Assembly (NCBI GenBank): GCA_964422605.1
Contig: CAYRBK010000001.1
Coordinates: forward strand, 100,025 to 153,807
Direction of reading: 5' to 3'
Length of the DNA stretch: 53,783 nucleotides
DNA from: an uncultured Candidatus Bathyarchaeia archaeon
Lineage (GTDB): Archaea > Thermoproteota > Bathyarchaeia > Bathyarchaeales > DTEX01
Shown here one piece after another: positions 42,739-51,477 of this stretch. The notes under the pieces were generated by a model that saw only the letters and a list, made by a program, of their open reading frames with translations, was not told the origin of the DNA and did not search any database. How positions within the stretch are numbered: the first letter of the stretch is position 1; each line of letters starts with the position of its first letter. The translations under genes and the position numbers were made by a program.

Positions 42739-45135
42739 TTGCCCAAACTCACATTCTGGCTTCTGGACGTAAACTATGAAGTGCGAGACGAGGATCGTAA
42801 GCCCGAGCTGTGGATGTGGGGCATAGACGATGAAGGAAGACGCGTCCTAATCATCGACAGGAGCTTTCTCACCTACTTCTACCTCGTTCTGGACGCTGAG
42901 GAAGAACCGAAAACTGTGTTGGAATGGGTTGAGCTGCAAAGAAAAGAGCTTCCCTTCATCGTTGGTCTTGAGCTCACGCAGCGGAAGCTTTTCGGGAAAA
43001 CAGTGCACGCGATCAAGGTTTCCTGCCAAGACCCTGATACTATTCAGAAGTATTCAGGGCTTCTTTCAAAAGTCAAAGGCGTGGAAAAATGCCTTGAGGA
43101 CGACATGCGCTACTCCATGCGTTACCTCGTCGACAACGATGTTGCGCCTTGCGGTTGGCACGAGATAGATGTTGAAAAAGACAAAGAACCTTCAGGGGTT
43201 CGGGCTGACCTTGTGTACGTTGCCAGATCGCCGCCAAGAAGGGTCGAAAGAGAAGGCGGGCCAGAGCTTAGGGTTATGAGCTTCTTTCCAGTCTACCACG
43301 CGTCCAAAGGAGCCCCGAGACCAGAAAGGGACCCCGTTGTGGTCATCTCTCTCGTTACGAACACTGGAGACAAGATGGATTTCACGGCAAGCAGCTACGA
43401 CGAGAAGAATCTGATACGAGCCTTCATCGAATATGTCCAGAGATTCGACCCAGATGTTATCGTTGGCTACGAAACCAACAAGCGACACTGGCAGTACCTT
43501 ATGGACAGGGCTAAGAATCTTGGCTTAGACCTCCTTGTTGACAGAGCGAACACGTTGCCTCATCTCAGCGTGTATGCGCACATCTCGGTTACGGGGCGCG
43601 TGAGCATTGACACATTTGACTTGGCGGACGAACTTCCCGAAGTCAAGGTCAAAGACTTGAGCAGCATATCGGATTTCCTCGGTGTGAAAAAGATGGGCGA
43701 ACAGACAATGATCGATGAGGTGGACTTTGCCCGCTATTGGGATGATGCAGGGAAACGGCCGCATCTACTTCAGTTTGCGGCGGAGAAGGCTGAATGCGTC
43801 CTAGGCATCTTCGAAAAGATGTTTGACTACGCTACCGAGCTCTCTAGGCTTGTCGGTCTGCCACTAGATCAGATAGGCAAGGCAGCCGTCGGCTTCAGGA
43901 CCGAGTGGTATCTGATCCGTGAAGCCTACAAGACAGGCGAGCTTGTCCCCGAAAGGGTTGAGCGACCTTACGCCCCTTATGCCGGCGGCATGGTTCTCAA
44001 GCCCGAGTCGGGAATACATGAAAACGTAGCTGTGCTCGACTTCAAGTCCATGTATCCCAACATCATGATCGAGAAGAACATCTCCCCCGACACTTACGTT
44101 CCTCCAGAAGAACCGATGACGCCTTCAGAGGTTAACGTGACCCCTGAAGTTGGGCACAGATTCCGCAAGGAGCCGCCGGGCTTCTACAAGCGAGTCTTGT
44201 CAAATCTGATTACTGCCAGAGATGATATCAGAAAGAAGATGAAAAGCCTAGACCCGGATAGCTTGGAATATCGGCTTCTCGACGCCCGGCAGAAGGCGGT
44301 GAAAGTCATCACAAACGCCACGTATGGGTATGCTGGGTGGATTGGCGCTAGATGGTTCAGGAAACCTGTGGCAGAGGCTACGACGGCTTGGGGAAGGACC
44401 GCAATCATGAGCGGCATAGAGATGGCGAAGGACCTCGGTTTGGAAGTCATATACGGCGACACCGACAGCATCTTCCTGAAACATGATCCTCAGAAAGTTG
44501 AAACTCTGTCAAAGACGATCGAGGAGAAACTGGGTCTTGAGATAAAGCCTGAGAAGGTCTACACGCGTGTCTTCTTCACAGAGGCAAAGAAACGTTACTG
44601 CGGCCTTCTGCCAGATGGCACTCTCGAGACGGTTGGTCTGGAGGTGGTTAGAGGAGACTGGGCGAATGTGGCAAAAACCACTCAGGAGCGCGTCTTGGAA
44701 CTGATTCTGAAAGAACGTTCACCAGAAAAAGCTGCGAACTATGTACGGGGTCTCATCGCTAGCTTGCGAGAGCGTAAGGTGCCCTATAGAGATCTTGTCA
44801 TATGGAAGACTCTGACCAAACCTGTTAGCGAATACGAGGTGAACGCGCCTCACGTCGAAGCCGCGAGAATGCTTGAGAAGGAAGGATGGAGCCTTGCTAT
44901 TGGCGACAAGGTTGGCTACGTCATCACTAGAGGTTCAGGTCGGCTTTTCGAGAGGGTTAAACCGTACGCGATGGCCTCTTATGAGGAAGTGGACGTGGAA
45001 TATTATGTCGAGAACCAAGTTTTGCCAGCATCTTTAAGAGTCCTTTCGCTGTTTGGCGTCAGAAAAGAAGACCTACTGTCTCCAGAGCCCTCTGAGAAGG
45101 CGAAGACCTTGGCTGAATTCTTCGGGGGAAGGTAG
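42739..45135 (+). CDS. polB: family-B DNA polymerase with degenerate 3'-5' exonuclease motifs
   Basis: 798 aa. Pol motif A is LDFKSMYPNIM, motif B is KVITNATYGY and motif C is YGDTDS (44452-44469), and the C-terminal YYVENQVLPA is also present. The Exo I/II/III positions read SFFPVY, YETNKRHWQYL and FAAEKAECV, lacking the catalytic Asp/Glu. TTG start. Confidence 0.9.
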   Translation: MPKLTFWLLDVNYEVRDEDRKPELWMWGIDDEGRRVLIIDRSFLTYFYLVLDAEEEPKTVLEWVELQRKELPFIVGLELTQRKLFGKTVHAIKVSCQDPDTIQKYSGLLSKVKGVEKCLEDDMRYSMRYLVDNDVAPCGWHEIDVEKDKEPSGVRADLVYVARSPPRRVEREGGPELRVMSFFPVYHASKGAPRPERDPVVVISLVTNTGDKMDFTASSYDEKNLIRAFIEYVQRFDPDVIVGYETNKRHWQYLMDRAKNLGLDLLVDRANTLPHLSVYAHISVTGRVSIDTFDLADELPEVKVKDLSSISDFLGVKKMGEQTMIDEVDFARYWDDAGKRPHLLQFAAEKAECVLGIFEKMFDYATELSRLVGLPLDQIGKAAVGFRTEWYLIREAYKTGELVPERVERPYAPYAGGMVLKPESGIHENVAVLDFKSMYPNIMIEKNISPDTYVPPEEPMTPSEVNVTPEVGHRFRKEPPGFYKRVLSNLITARDDIRKKMKSLDPDSLEYRLLDARQKAVKVITNATYGYAGWIGARWFRKPVAEATTAWGRTAIMSGIEMAKDLGLEVIYGDTDSIFLKHDPQKVETLSKTIEEKLGLEIKPEKVYTRVFFTEAKKRYCGLLPDGTLETVGLEVVRGDWANVAKTTQERVLELILKERSPEKAANYVRGLIASLRERKVPYRDLVIWKTLTKPVSEYEVNAPHVEAARMLEKEGWSLAIGDKVGYVITRGSGRLFERVKPYAMASYEEVDVEYYVENQVLPASLRVLSLFGVRKEDLLSPEPSEKAKTLAEFFGGR

Positions 45136-45138
45136 CGG

Positions 45139-46287
45139 TCACTCAGCCACATCGTCGAAAGTCAGCAAGTTTACATTGAGCGGCTGCTTGACCACATCTG
45201 AAACGCGTGCCGCAACCAGATACTTTATGTTCTTCTCGCTTGCGATGTCTACGAGTCTCTGAGTGGTGACGCCGTCGAAGACTACAGTATTCACGCCTTC
45301 GACTTCCCGAATCTTGTCAGCAAGTTCGCTGACCGATAAGCGGCCGACCTCCTTCATCTTGTCGTCCAAGAGGATGGCCTCAAGTGTTCCTTTGAGGCTG
45401 CTAGCAGCGTTCACAATCTCTTTCGGAACGAGAACCCTCTTCCGTCTCTTCCTTTTTCCCTTCACCTCTTCGACAGGAACCTTGTTCTGAAGGGCAAACT
45501 CGACCTCCTTCACGGTTAGGTCTTCAACTTCTTTGCCTTTCGGCGCCCTGGCAACATGTTTGATGCGGGCCACCTGTAGCAGCTCCTTCAAGATGAGGTC
45601 TCCTCCTCTGTCGCCGTCCAGAAAGGCTGTGGCTTCCTTCTCTCTTGTCATGTTTATGATGGTCTCCGGAATCTTCACGCCTTCCAGGGCGATGACGTTC
45701 TGGATACCCATCTTCAACAGGTTTATCACATCAGCCCTTCCCTCAACGATGATGATCCCTTTGGAAGTGTCTATGTCTGGGCCTGCTGCCAATTTTTCAG
45801 GCCCGTACGACTCTACTTTCGTCGCCCTCAGAATTTCGGAGACCTCTCTGAATATTTCTTCAGTCTCAGGTCTTTTTTCCAAGTTCCAGCTGTGAAGAAT
45901 CTCTTTGGCCCTTTCGATTATGGCTTTTCTCTTGGTTTCCCTCACGTCTTCAATCTTCTCTAAGGAGATGTCTGCTGAGCAGGGACCTATTCTGTCTATG
46001 CTTTCGATGCTCGCTGCGATTATGGCTGCTGAGACTCTGTCCAGGCTTGTCGGGATATTTATGGAGCCATCTGTCTCGTCTTTCGCCGATTTCAGCTCTA
46101 TCTCTATCCTCCCAATTCTACCCGACTTCTGCAGTTCCCTAAGGTCAAGCTCTGTTCCGAAGAGACCTTCAGTCTGTCCGAAGACAGCGCCTATCACATC
46201 GGGTTTCTCCACAACTCCCTCAACTTTGAATCTGGCTCTGATCACGTACTTTACCGTGAACGGTTGAAAGGACAATATTCTTTTCAC
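45139..46287 (-). CDS. dnaG: archaeal DnaG-type primase (TOPRIM; exosome-associated DnaG)
   Basis: The conserved archaeal DnaG N-terminus is YVIRARFKVEGVVEKPDVIGAVFGQTEGLFG. The TOPRIM Glu lies in IIVEGRADV and the DxD in FLDGDRGGD. Its stop lies 3 nt from the polB stop (convergent). Confidence 0.85.
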   Translation of the reverse strand: MKRILSFQPFTVKYVIRARFKVEGVVEKPDVIGAVFGQTEGLFGTELDLRELQKSGRIGRIEIELKSAKDETDGSINIPTSLDRVSAAIIAASIESIDRIGPCSADISLEKIEDVRETKRKAIIERAKEILHSWNLEKRPETEEIFREVSEILRATKVESYGPEKLAAGPDIDTSKGIIIVEGRADVINLLKMGIQNVIALEGVKIPETIINMTREKEATAFLDGDRGGDLILKELLQVARIKHVARAPKGKEVEDLTVKEVEFALQNKVPVEEVKGKRKRRKRVLVPKEIVNAASSLKGTLEAILLDDKMKEVGRLSVSELADKIREVEGVNTVVFDGVTTQRLVDIASEKNIKYLVAARVSDVVKQPLNVNLLTFDDVAE

Positions 46288-46360
46288 CTCACATTCATAA
46301 CATGATTGAATTGTTATCTTTGAGACTTAAGCCCATTTAGGGCATTTATACTCTACTATC

Positions 46361-46792
46361 CTAGTTCGATATATTCTTACCTATTCTCCTCTTAAGGGTC
46401 TGGATGTAGCTAGAGAGTCCCTCAATATCTTTCACATCGTTTCCCACAAGGCTCGAAAGCTTCCTCCAAAAAACCAGATTCGGCCTGATCTTCATTCTCT
46501 CAAAGTCTCTGGCAAGGCGGTCCGTCCATTCTCTCCCGCGCCTGTCAAAATCCAGTAATAGGATCACCTCATTCTTTCCGCGTTCCTCGATCTCTCTGAG
46601 GACGTCTGAGAAGGCTTTGCCTGAGGTTTTGGCAGATATGATGTCGCCGTTCACTTCTAGCCTCTCCAGCGTTTCAATGTCTTTCTTGCCTTCTACGATG
46701 GCAGGCGTTCCTCCAGACAGCTCCTTGGCTAGGTCTTCCAGAACTTCCTGTATCTCTTCCAGCCTTCTTTCGATACTTGCTGACATTCCCAT
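46361..46792 (-). CDS. small stand-alone Toprim-domain protein (UPF0292-like)
   Basis: 143 aa. IVEGKKDIETL carries the Toprim Glu and LLLDFDRRGRE the DxD motif. No other domain is present. Confidence 0.65.
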   Translation of the reverse strand: MGMSASIERRLEEIQEVLEDLAKELSGGTPAIVEGKKDIETLERLEVNGDIISAKTSGKAFSDVLREIEERGKNEVILLLDFDRRGREWTDRLARDFERMKIRPNLVFWRKLSSLVGNDVKDIEGLSSYIQTLKRRIGKNISN

Positions 46793-46861
46793 TGACGCCC
46801 TGATCGCCTAGTCTCTCAAACCCGTCGACGCGGATTTGCTGTACAGGGATACCTCTGACCT

Positions 46862-47635
46862 CTAGGCCTTTATGGCTTTCACCAGAAATAGCTTCTGCTG
46901 GAAAATCAACTCCTTCCCTCGTTCCAACCTTCGCTGCAGCCTCTCCAGATGGGCGAGGTTCTTTCTGACAGAGAAGCCCGGTACGGTCCAAGGGACTGCC
47001 TTTAGATAGTAGACGATGGCTCCAACATCCTTGAAGATGACGTTTCCGGTCCACTCCTGAGCAGTCTCTACTGCAAGGTTGGTTTCCCCAATCTTCTCAA
47101 AAACGAAATCCAGAGTGAAGAAGGTCCATGGCTGCCGACAGTCGAAAGCTTCCGATAGATCACAGAGATTATTGCCATCTACTTGCTCCGTAAGAAAAGC
47201 CCCACCAGACGTGAGGACTCTCTCCACTTCGAATGTATTGAAGGAAGTATGGCGATCAATCACAAGATCAAAAGCTTCATCCTTGAACGGAAGCCTTTGT
47301 TCAAGGGAATCGTTCGACTCAACGACGTCAATGCCGAGAAGCTTCAACCTTTTCTTGGCCAATTGCAGGTTTGGAGGATAACCTTCCGTAGCCACGGTTT
47401 GATGTGGAAGGACATACTTGAACTCTAGCAGTTTCTCGCCGCCCCCTGTTCCAAGATCCAGTACTGAGCTAGAGGCCGCTATTAACTCTCCAGCTATCTC
47501 TTCATACGACCATGGAGGAGTTTGGGGTACATATCTTTCTGCAAGATAGGAAAAGTCCCATCCGCAGAACGGTTGATTCTCTTCCCTTTTCCACTCTTCC
47601 AGCAATGTGTTGGAGTTGTCGCTCTTCATTGCCAA
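46862..47635 (-). CDS. class I SAM-dependent methyltransferase
   Basis: VLDLGTGGGEKLL is motif I, and FDLVIDRH and GGAFLTEQV are motifs II/III. 257 aa. The substrate is unknown. Confidence 0.7.
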   Translation of the reverse strand: MAMKSDNSNTLLEEWKREENQPFCGWDFSYLAERYVPQTPPWSYEEIAGELIAASSSVLDLGTGGGEKLLEFKYVLPHQTVATEGYPPNLQLAKKRLKLLGIDVVESNDSLEQRLPFKDEAFDLVIDRHTSFNTFEVERVLTSGGAFLTEQVDGNNLCDLSEAFDCRQPWTFFTLDFVFEKIGETNLAVETAQEWTGNVIFKDVGAIVYYLKAVPWTVPGFSVRKNLAHLERLQRRLERGKELIFQQKLFLVKAIKA

Positions 47636-47779
47636 TCTCTCTCATTCACTTCCAGCCTGTATATCTTGTGCTTTACCGCTTCTTATGTCTGACTAGATCT
47701 GAGCTTGCCTTGTCATCAGCCACCCTTGTTGAACAGAACTCAGACGTATGAACGAAAACCAAGTATCCTTACTGCAGTC

Positions 47780-48400
47780 TTATTGTAACTGGCTATCTAA
47801 CGTGTCGCAGCCGGTTGAGGCCGGCGTTCTGGCCAAGGACCTTGCCAGTAGCCGGGCTACCCTTAACGGTTCAGGGACAGCGCCGTGTGTTGTGAACTTG
47901 TTGAGGATTCCTTTAGCTTCCTCTAGGCTCATGTTTATGAATCTGACGTAGACCGTGTAGCCCGTGTCAAGCTTAAGGGCGATTCTCTCCTTATTCTTGT
48001 GGTATACTTCGACCCGCGTCTCCCAGTCCTGTGGGAAAAGCTCTTTGAAGTACTTGTCCAGCCCTTCAGACTCTTCATAGGTTACGCATATCAGCGGCAG
48101 CTCGGTTTCCTCTGCTAGCCTGTGTAGATCGACAACATTGTACCAACTGATGACACAGCCGTTCAACATGAGCAAGTTTATGTCGTCCCTCTCAAGCGTT
48201 CTGTGCATTTCAATCATCTTCTCGGTGGCGTCCATCCCTCCGACCGTGGCGGCGGAGAAGACGAAACCGTCAATGGCTCGATCGGTCCGCATAACGACCC
48301 CTGCGAGGACAGATGTTTTGCTCTTGCCCTTAACAAAGCTTTCGGAGATTCCGAGGGCTCTTACAGCCTTCTTATGGACGTGCAACCGCAACTTGGTCAC
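47780..48400 (-). CDS. DUF99 / UPF0215-family protein (endonuclease-V-like fold family)
   Basis: RALGISESFVKG...VLAGVVMRTDRAIDGFVFSAATVGGMDATEKMIEM...INLLMLNGCVISWYNVVD matches the conserved archaeal DUF99 pattern. 206 aa. Confidence 0.65.
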   Translation of the reverse strand: MTKLRLHVHKKAVRALGISESFVKGKSKTSVLAGVVMRTDRAIDGFVFSAATVGGMDATEKMIEMHRTLERDDINLLMLNGCVISWYNVVDLHRLAEETELPLICVTYEESEGLDKYFKELFPQDWETRVEVYHKNKERIALKLDTGYTVYVRFINMSLEEAKGILNKFTTHGAVPEPLRVARLLARSLARTPASTGCDTLDSQLQ

Positions 48401-48800
48401 CTTTCAAAGCCATGGGGATTAAGGAAACTTGCTTCCGACGATTGATTCCATCTTCCCCAGATTGGCAAGGCAATCTCTTCCCATTGTTTTAGCGTGCAGT
48501 CTCCTAAAAATCCATCGATGCCTCTGCCGGGATGAAGTTTGAGACACAACTCCGCTCGCCCAAGGCTCTGCATGGAAACTCAATCTGGAGATCTTCACGG
48601 AAGCATCTGCCTTTCGCTTTTTTCCTAGTTTAAAAGTACATGTCCTCAAGACTAGGAGCCCTTTGGCTGTTTTTCACTCATCGTAGTTAATAGCCTAAGA
48701 ATGCGCCTTTAAAGGCACATTTCCCCATGCAACTACGAGACGAATCCAGTTTCAGAGCCAGAAAAAAGGGTTTTCTCCAGTCTCTCTCCCGCTCCGTAGA

Positions 48801-48808
48801 TTTATATG
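48801..48808 (+). promoter_or_regulatory. candidate TATA box (TTTATATG) for gins23-mcm-hel308
   Basis: The octamer lies 53 nt upstream of TTG 48861. The predicted leader would retain the GAGGT at 48848-48852. Confidence 0.3.
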
Positions 48809-48860
48809 CTCGGGTTTCTTATGTTATCGTGCTTTCTAGGGCTGGGCGAGGTTTGCCATC

Positions 48861-49409
48861 TTGGAGCAGAACAAGACGGTTTCGCATGTCAAGGACGCTG
48901 ATTTTGTCTTCACCAACAAGCCCACAAAAGTCATAGCCGTCAGAAGCTCTCCAAAAATAGAGCTCGCGGGTCTAGCTGTTGGCCCTTTCGAAGAAGGAAG
49001 CGAGTACGAAGTAAAGTTCTGGGTAGCCCAAGAGCTCGAGAAGGCTGGAATCATCCGCCTCAGCGATGAGACTTTGACGGCTTCGAGGCTTTACCAGACC
49101 CTTCACAGGGAACGCATTCAGCCGGCGAGCAATCTTTCTTCGTTGCCTGAAGGTTTTTACCCTAGGCTTCGACGGCTGATCGAAGATCTTAGGAACTCCT
49201 CTCGAAGCGGCCCGGAGAAGATGAGGGAATACGAGTATGCCCGGAAGCTGTCGAACGACATAGTTGGCTGCAGACTGAAGAAGGTAATCTCCTTGGCGTG
49301 CACTCCGGGTCAGAAAAGCCAGATATTGAGGAATCTCACCGTTGAAGAGCTCGAACTCTATGAGAAGCTCGACAAGATCATAAATGAATGGAGGGAAGAA
49401 ATCCTCTAG
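48861..49409 (+). CDS. gins23: GINS complex subunit, Gins23-type (Psf2/Psf3-like; B domain N-terminal)
   Basis: The N-terminal beta-rich segment VIAVRSSPKIELAGLAVGPFEEGSEYEVKFWVAQELEKAGIIRL parallels the Psf2/Psf3 motif GPF....G....V.lWlA..L. It is followed by a helical A domain (LPEGFYPRLRRLIEDL). It lies immediately upstream of mcm, as in Sulfolobus. TTG start with GAGGT 8 nt upstream. Confidence 0.65.
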   Translation: MEQNKTVSHVKDADFVFTNKPTKVIAVRSSPKIELAGLAVGPFEEGSEYEVKFWVAQELEKAGIIRLSDETLTASRLYQTLHRERIQPASNLSSLPEGFYPRLRRLIEDLRNSSRSGPEKMREYEYARKLSNDIVGCRLKKVISLACTPGQKSQILRNLTVEELELYEKLDKIINEWREEIL

Positions 49410-49423
49410 AGGACGGTTCGGTC

Positions 49424-51463
49424 ATGACGGAGTTGATGCTGGAGGAGCCGCAGGAACGCTTCCAAGATTTCTTCAAATCGGACAGGTGTCGCCAAAAGAT
49501 CTCTCAGATGTCACTCAGCGGAGCGACCTCTCTGGTCTTGGATTTCGAGGACCTTCTGATAGCTGATCGAGATTTGGCCGAAGGCTTGCTTGAGCAACCC
49601 GAGAAATATCTGGAATATGCGAGCAATGCGGCTTTCAGCCAGCTGCAGATACAAGACTCTGAATACGCAGAGGGAATCAAAGATGTAGGCGTTGCAGTGA
49701 GGCTTCGCAGCCTGCCCTTCGCCACACCCCTGCGGAAGCTCAGCTCAGACCATATCGGAAAACTTGCGATGCTTGAAGGCATAGTCATCCGGGCGACTAA
49801 TGTCAGACCCCTAATCACGAAGGCTGTTTTCAGATGCAGAAGATGCAATGAGCCGATCCCCGTCCCTCAAACTGGAAACTTTCTGACGTTCCCCGCCAAA
49901 TGCACAAACCCCGGGTGCAGAGGTCCTGGAAGCTTCGAATTTGTTCAGGAGGACTCCGAGTTTGTTGACTCCCAAGAGCTGCGAATTCAGGAATACCCTG
50001 AGGAGCTGCCCCCCGGTCAGACTCCGCGCTCATTGGACATCCAGCTAGTTGGAAGAGACATAGTTGATGTTGCGAGGCCAGGCGACCGGGTTCACGTTGT
50101 GGGCATTGTCCGCGCTGAGGCTAGAACCTATCCCAGAGCTGGGAAACTGAGAGCATTTGCCCTTCTCATAGATGCGAACTTCATTGACACTACTGGGAAG
50201 GAGCCTGAGTCCCTCATCATCGCGCCTGAAGAGGAGCAGGAAATATTGAGGCTGTCTAAGGACCCGTGGGTTCACCGGAAGATAGTGCTCTCGATTGCGC
50301 CTTCGGTCTACGGGTACGAACACATCAAAGAAGCCATAATGTACCTGCTCTTCGGCGGTGTCCCAAAGTTTCTGCCCGACATAAGCATCCGAGGCGAACT
50401 GAACATCCTGCTGATAGGCGATCCGGGGACGGCTAAATCGCAGCTGCTGAGATATGTGCCGAGAATTGCTCCCCGAGGACTGTACACCAGCGGAAGAGGA
50501 ACAACAGCAGCTGGACTAACCGCAGCTGTTCTCCCAACAGCAACCGGGGGAATGACGCTTGAGGCGGGAGCTCTCGTACTGGCGGACAGAGGCATAGCCT
50601 GCATAGACGAGATGGATAAGATGCGTCCAGACGACAGAGTCGCCATTCACGAGGCAATGGAACAGCACACCATCTCCATCGCTAAGGGAGGAATCGTAGC
50701 CACCTTGAACGCCAGAGCCGCCGTCTTGGCAGCGGCTAACCCTGCTCTTGGAAGGTACGACGCTTACAGAACCGTCGCTGAGAACATATCACTCCCAGTA
50801 ACGATCCTCTCAAGGTTTGACTTGATATTCGTCTTGAGGGATGTCCCTGAGAAGGAAAGGGACTCACAGATGAGTGAACATATTCTGGAATTGCATAGGA
50901 CAGGGGCTTCGCCTGGAGAAGCGCCGATCTCATCTGACCTCTTGAGAAAATACATAGCCTATGCTAAGGGCATAACACCGATTCTCACGCCGAAAGCTCT
51001 TGAACGCCTGAAGGAATTCTACCTGGAGATGCGAGCTGCCAGTGAGGCTGAGGGTTCTCCCATTGCCATAACTGCCCGCCAGCTGGAGTCGTTGGTCCGA
51101 ATTGCTGAAGCTAGGGCTCGCGCTACGCTTAGAGTGGATATTCTGGAGGAAGACGCTGAGCATGCAATTGCGATCATGAAGAGGTCGCTTGAGGAGGCGG
51201 GTATCGATGTTACTTCGCGCAAGATCGACATCGACATAATAATGACCGGCAAACCCAAGAGCCAACAGGACAAACTCCGGGTGATTCTGAACGTCTTGGT
51301 AGAGATGGAGAGGGAGACGGGAACAGTTAAGAGGGACGATCTCTTGGACAAGCTCAGCAGCGAGTTCGACATCCAAAGAACTGACGCTGAAAGGCTGTTA
51401 GGCATTCTGAGAAGAGACGGAACCGTGTTTGAACCGAAGGAAGGATACCTGAAGAAGACCTAA
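49424..51463 (+). CDS. mcm: MCM replicative helicase
   Basis: It has a C4 Zn finger (CRRCNEP...CTNPGC), Walker A GDPGTAKS, Walker B CIDEMDKM, sensor 1 AAANP, Arg finger SRFDLIF, sensor 2 ITARQLESLVR and a C-terminal wHTH. No intein is present. The start is ATG 49424, or ATG 49388 which would overlap gins23 by 22 nt. Confidence 0.92.
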   Translation: MTELMLEEPQERFQDFFKSDRCRQKISQMSLSGATSLVLDFEDLLIADRDLAEGLLEQPEKYLEYASNAAFSQLQIQDSEYAEGIKDVGVAVRLRSLPFATPLRKLSSDHIGKLAMLEGIVIRATNVRPLITKAVFRCRRCNEPIPVPQTGNFLTFPAKCTNPGCRGPGSFEFVQEDSEFVDSQELRIQEYPEELPPGQTPRSLDIQLVGRDIVDVARPGDRVHVVGIVRAEARTYPRAGKLRAFALLIDANFIDTTGKEPESLIIAPEEEQEILRLSKDPWVHRKIVLSIAPSVYGYEHIKEAIMYLLFGGVPKFLPDISIRGELNILLIGDPGTAKSQLLRYVPRIAPRGLYTSGRGTTAAGLTAAVLPTATGGMTLEAGALVLADRGIACIDEMDKMRPDDRVAIHEAMEQHTISIAKGGIVATLNARAAVLAAANPALGRYDAYRTVAENISLPVTILSRFDLIFVLRDVPEKERDSQMSEHILELHRTGASPGEAPISSDLLRKYIAYAKGITPILTPKALERLKEFYLEMRAASEAEGSPIAITARQLESLVRIAEARARATLRVDILEEDAEHAIAIMKRSLEEAGIDVTSRKIDIDIIMTGKPKSQQDKLRVILNVLVEMERETGTVKRDDLLDKLSSEFDIQRTDAERLLGILRRDGTVFEPKEGYLKKT

Positions 51464-51477
51464 ACCCAGAAAAAGGA

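Noticed and set aside
48529-48600. GGGATGA, a near C-box, raising the possibility of a C/D box sRNA in the 460-bp spacer.
   Set aside because: No CUGA D or D' box occurs at the required 12-nt guide spacing (only CTGG and CTGC), and there are no terminal-stem or C' elements.
48419-48649. 76-aa minus-strand ORF and 69-aa plus-strand ORF (48727-48936) in the DUF99/gins spacer.
   Set aside because: Their translations are Arg/Ser-rich with no motifs or start signals. The plus-strand ORF runs into the gins23 coding region in another frame.
42739-51463. Looked for inteins in polB and mcm, which are common intein hosts in archaea.
   Set aside because: Both proteins have normal length (798 and 691 aa). 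Their motifs are contiguous (YGDTDS and Walker A/B are uninterrupted), and there are no Cys/Ser...HN-Cys/Ser/Thr splice-junction insertions.
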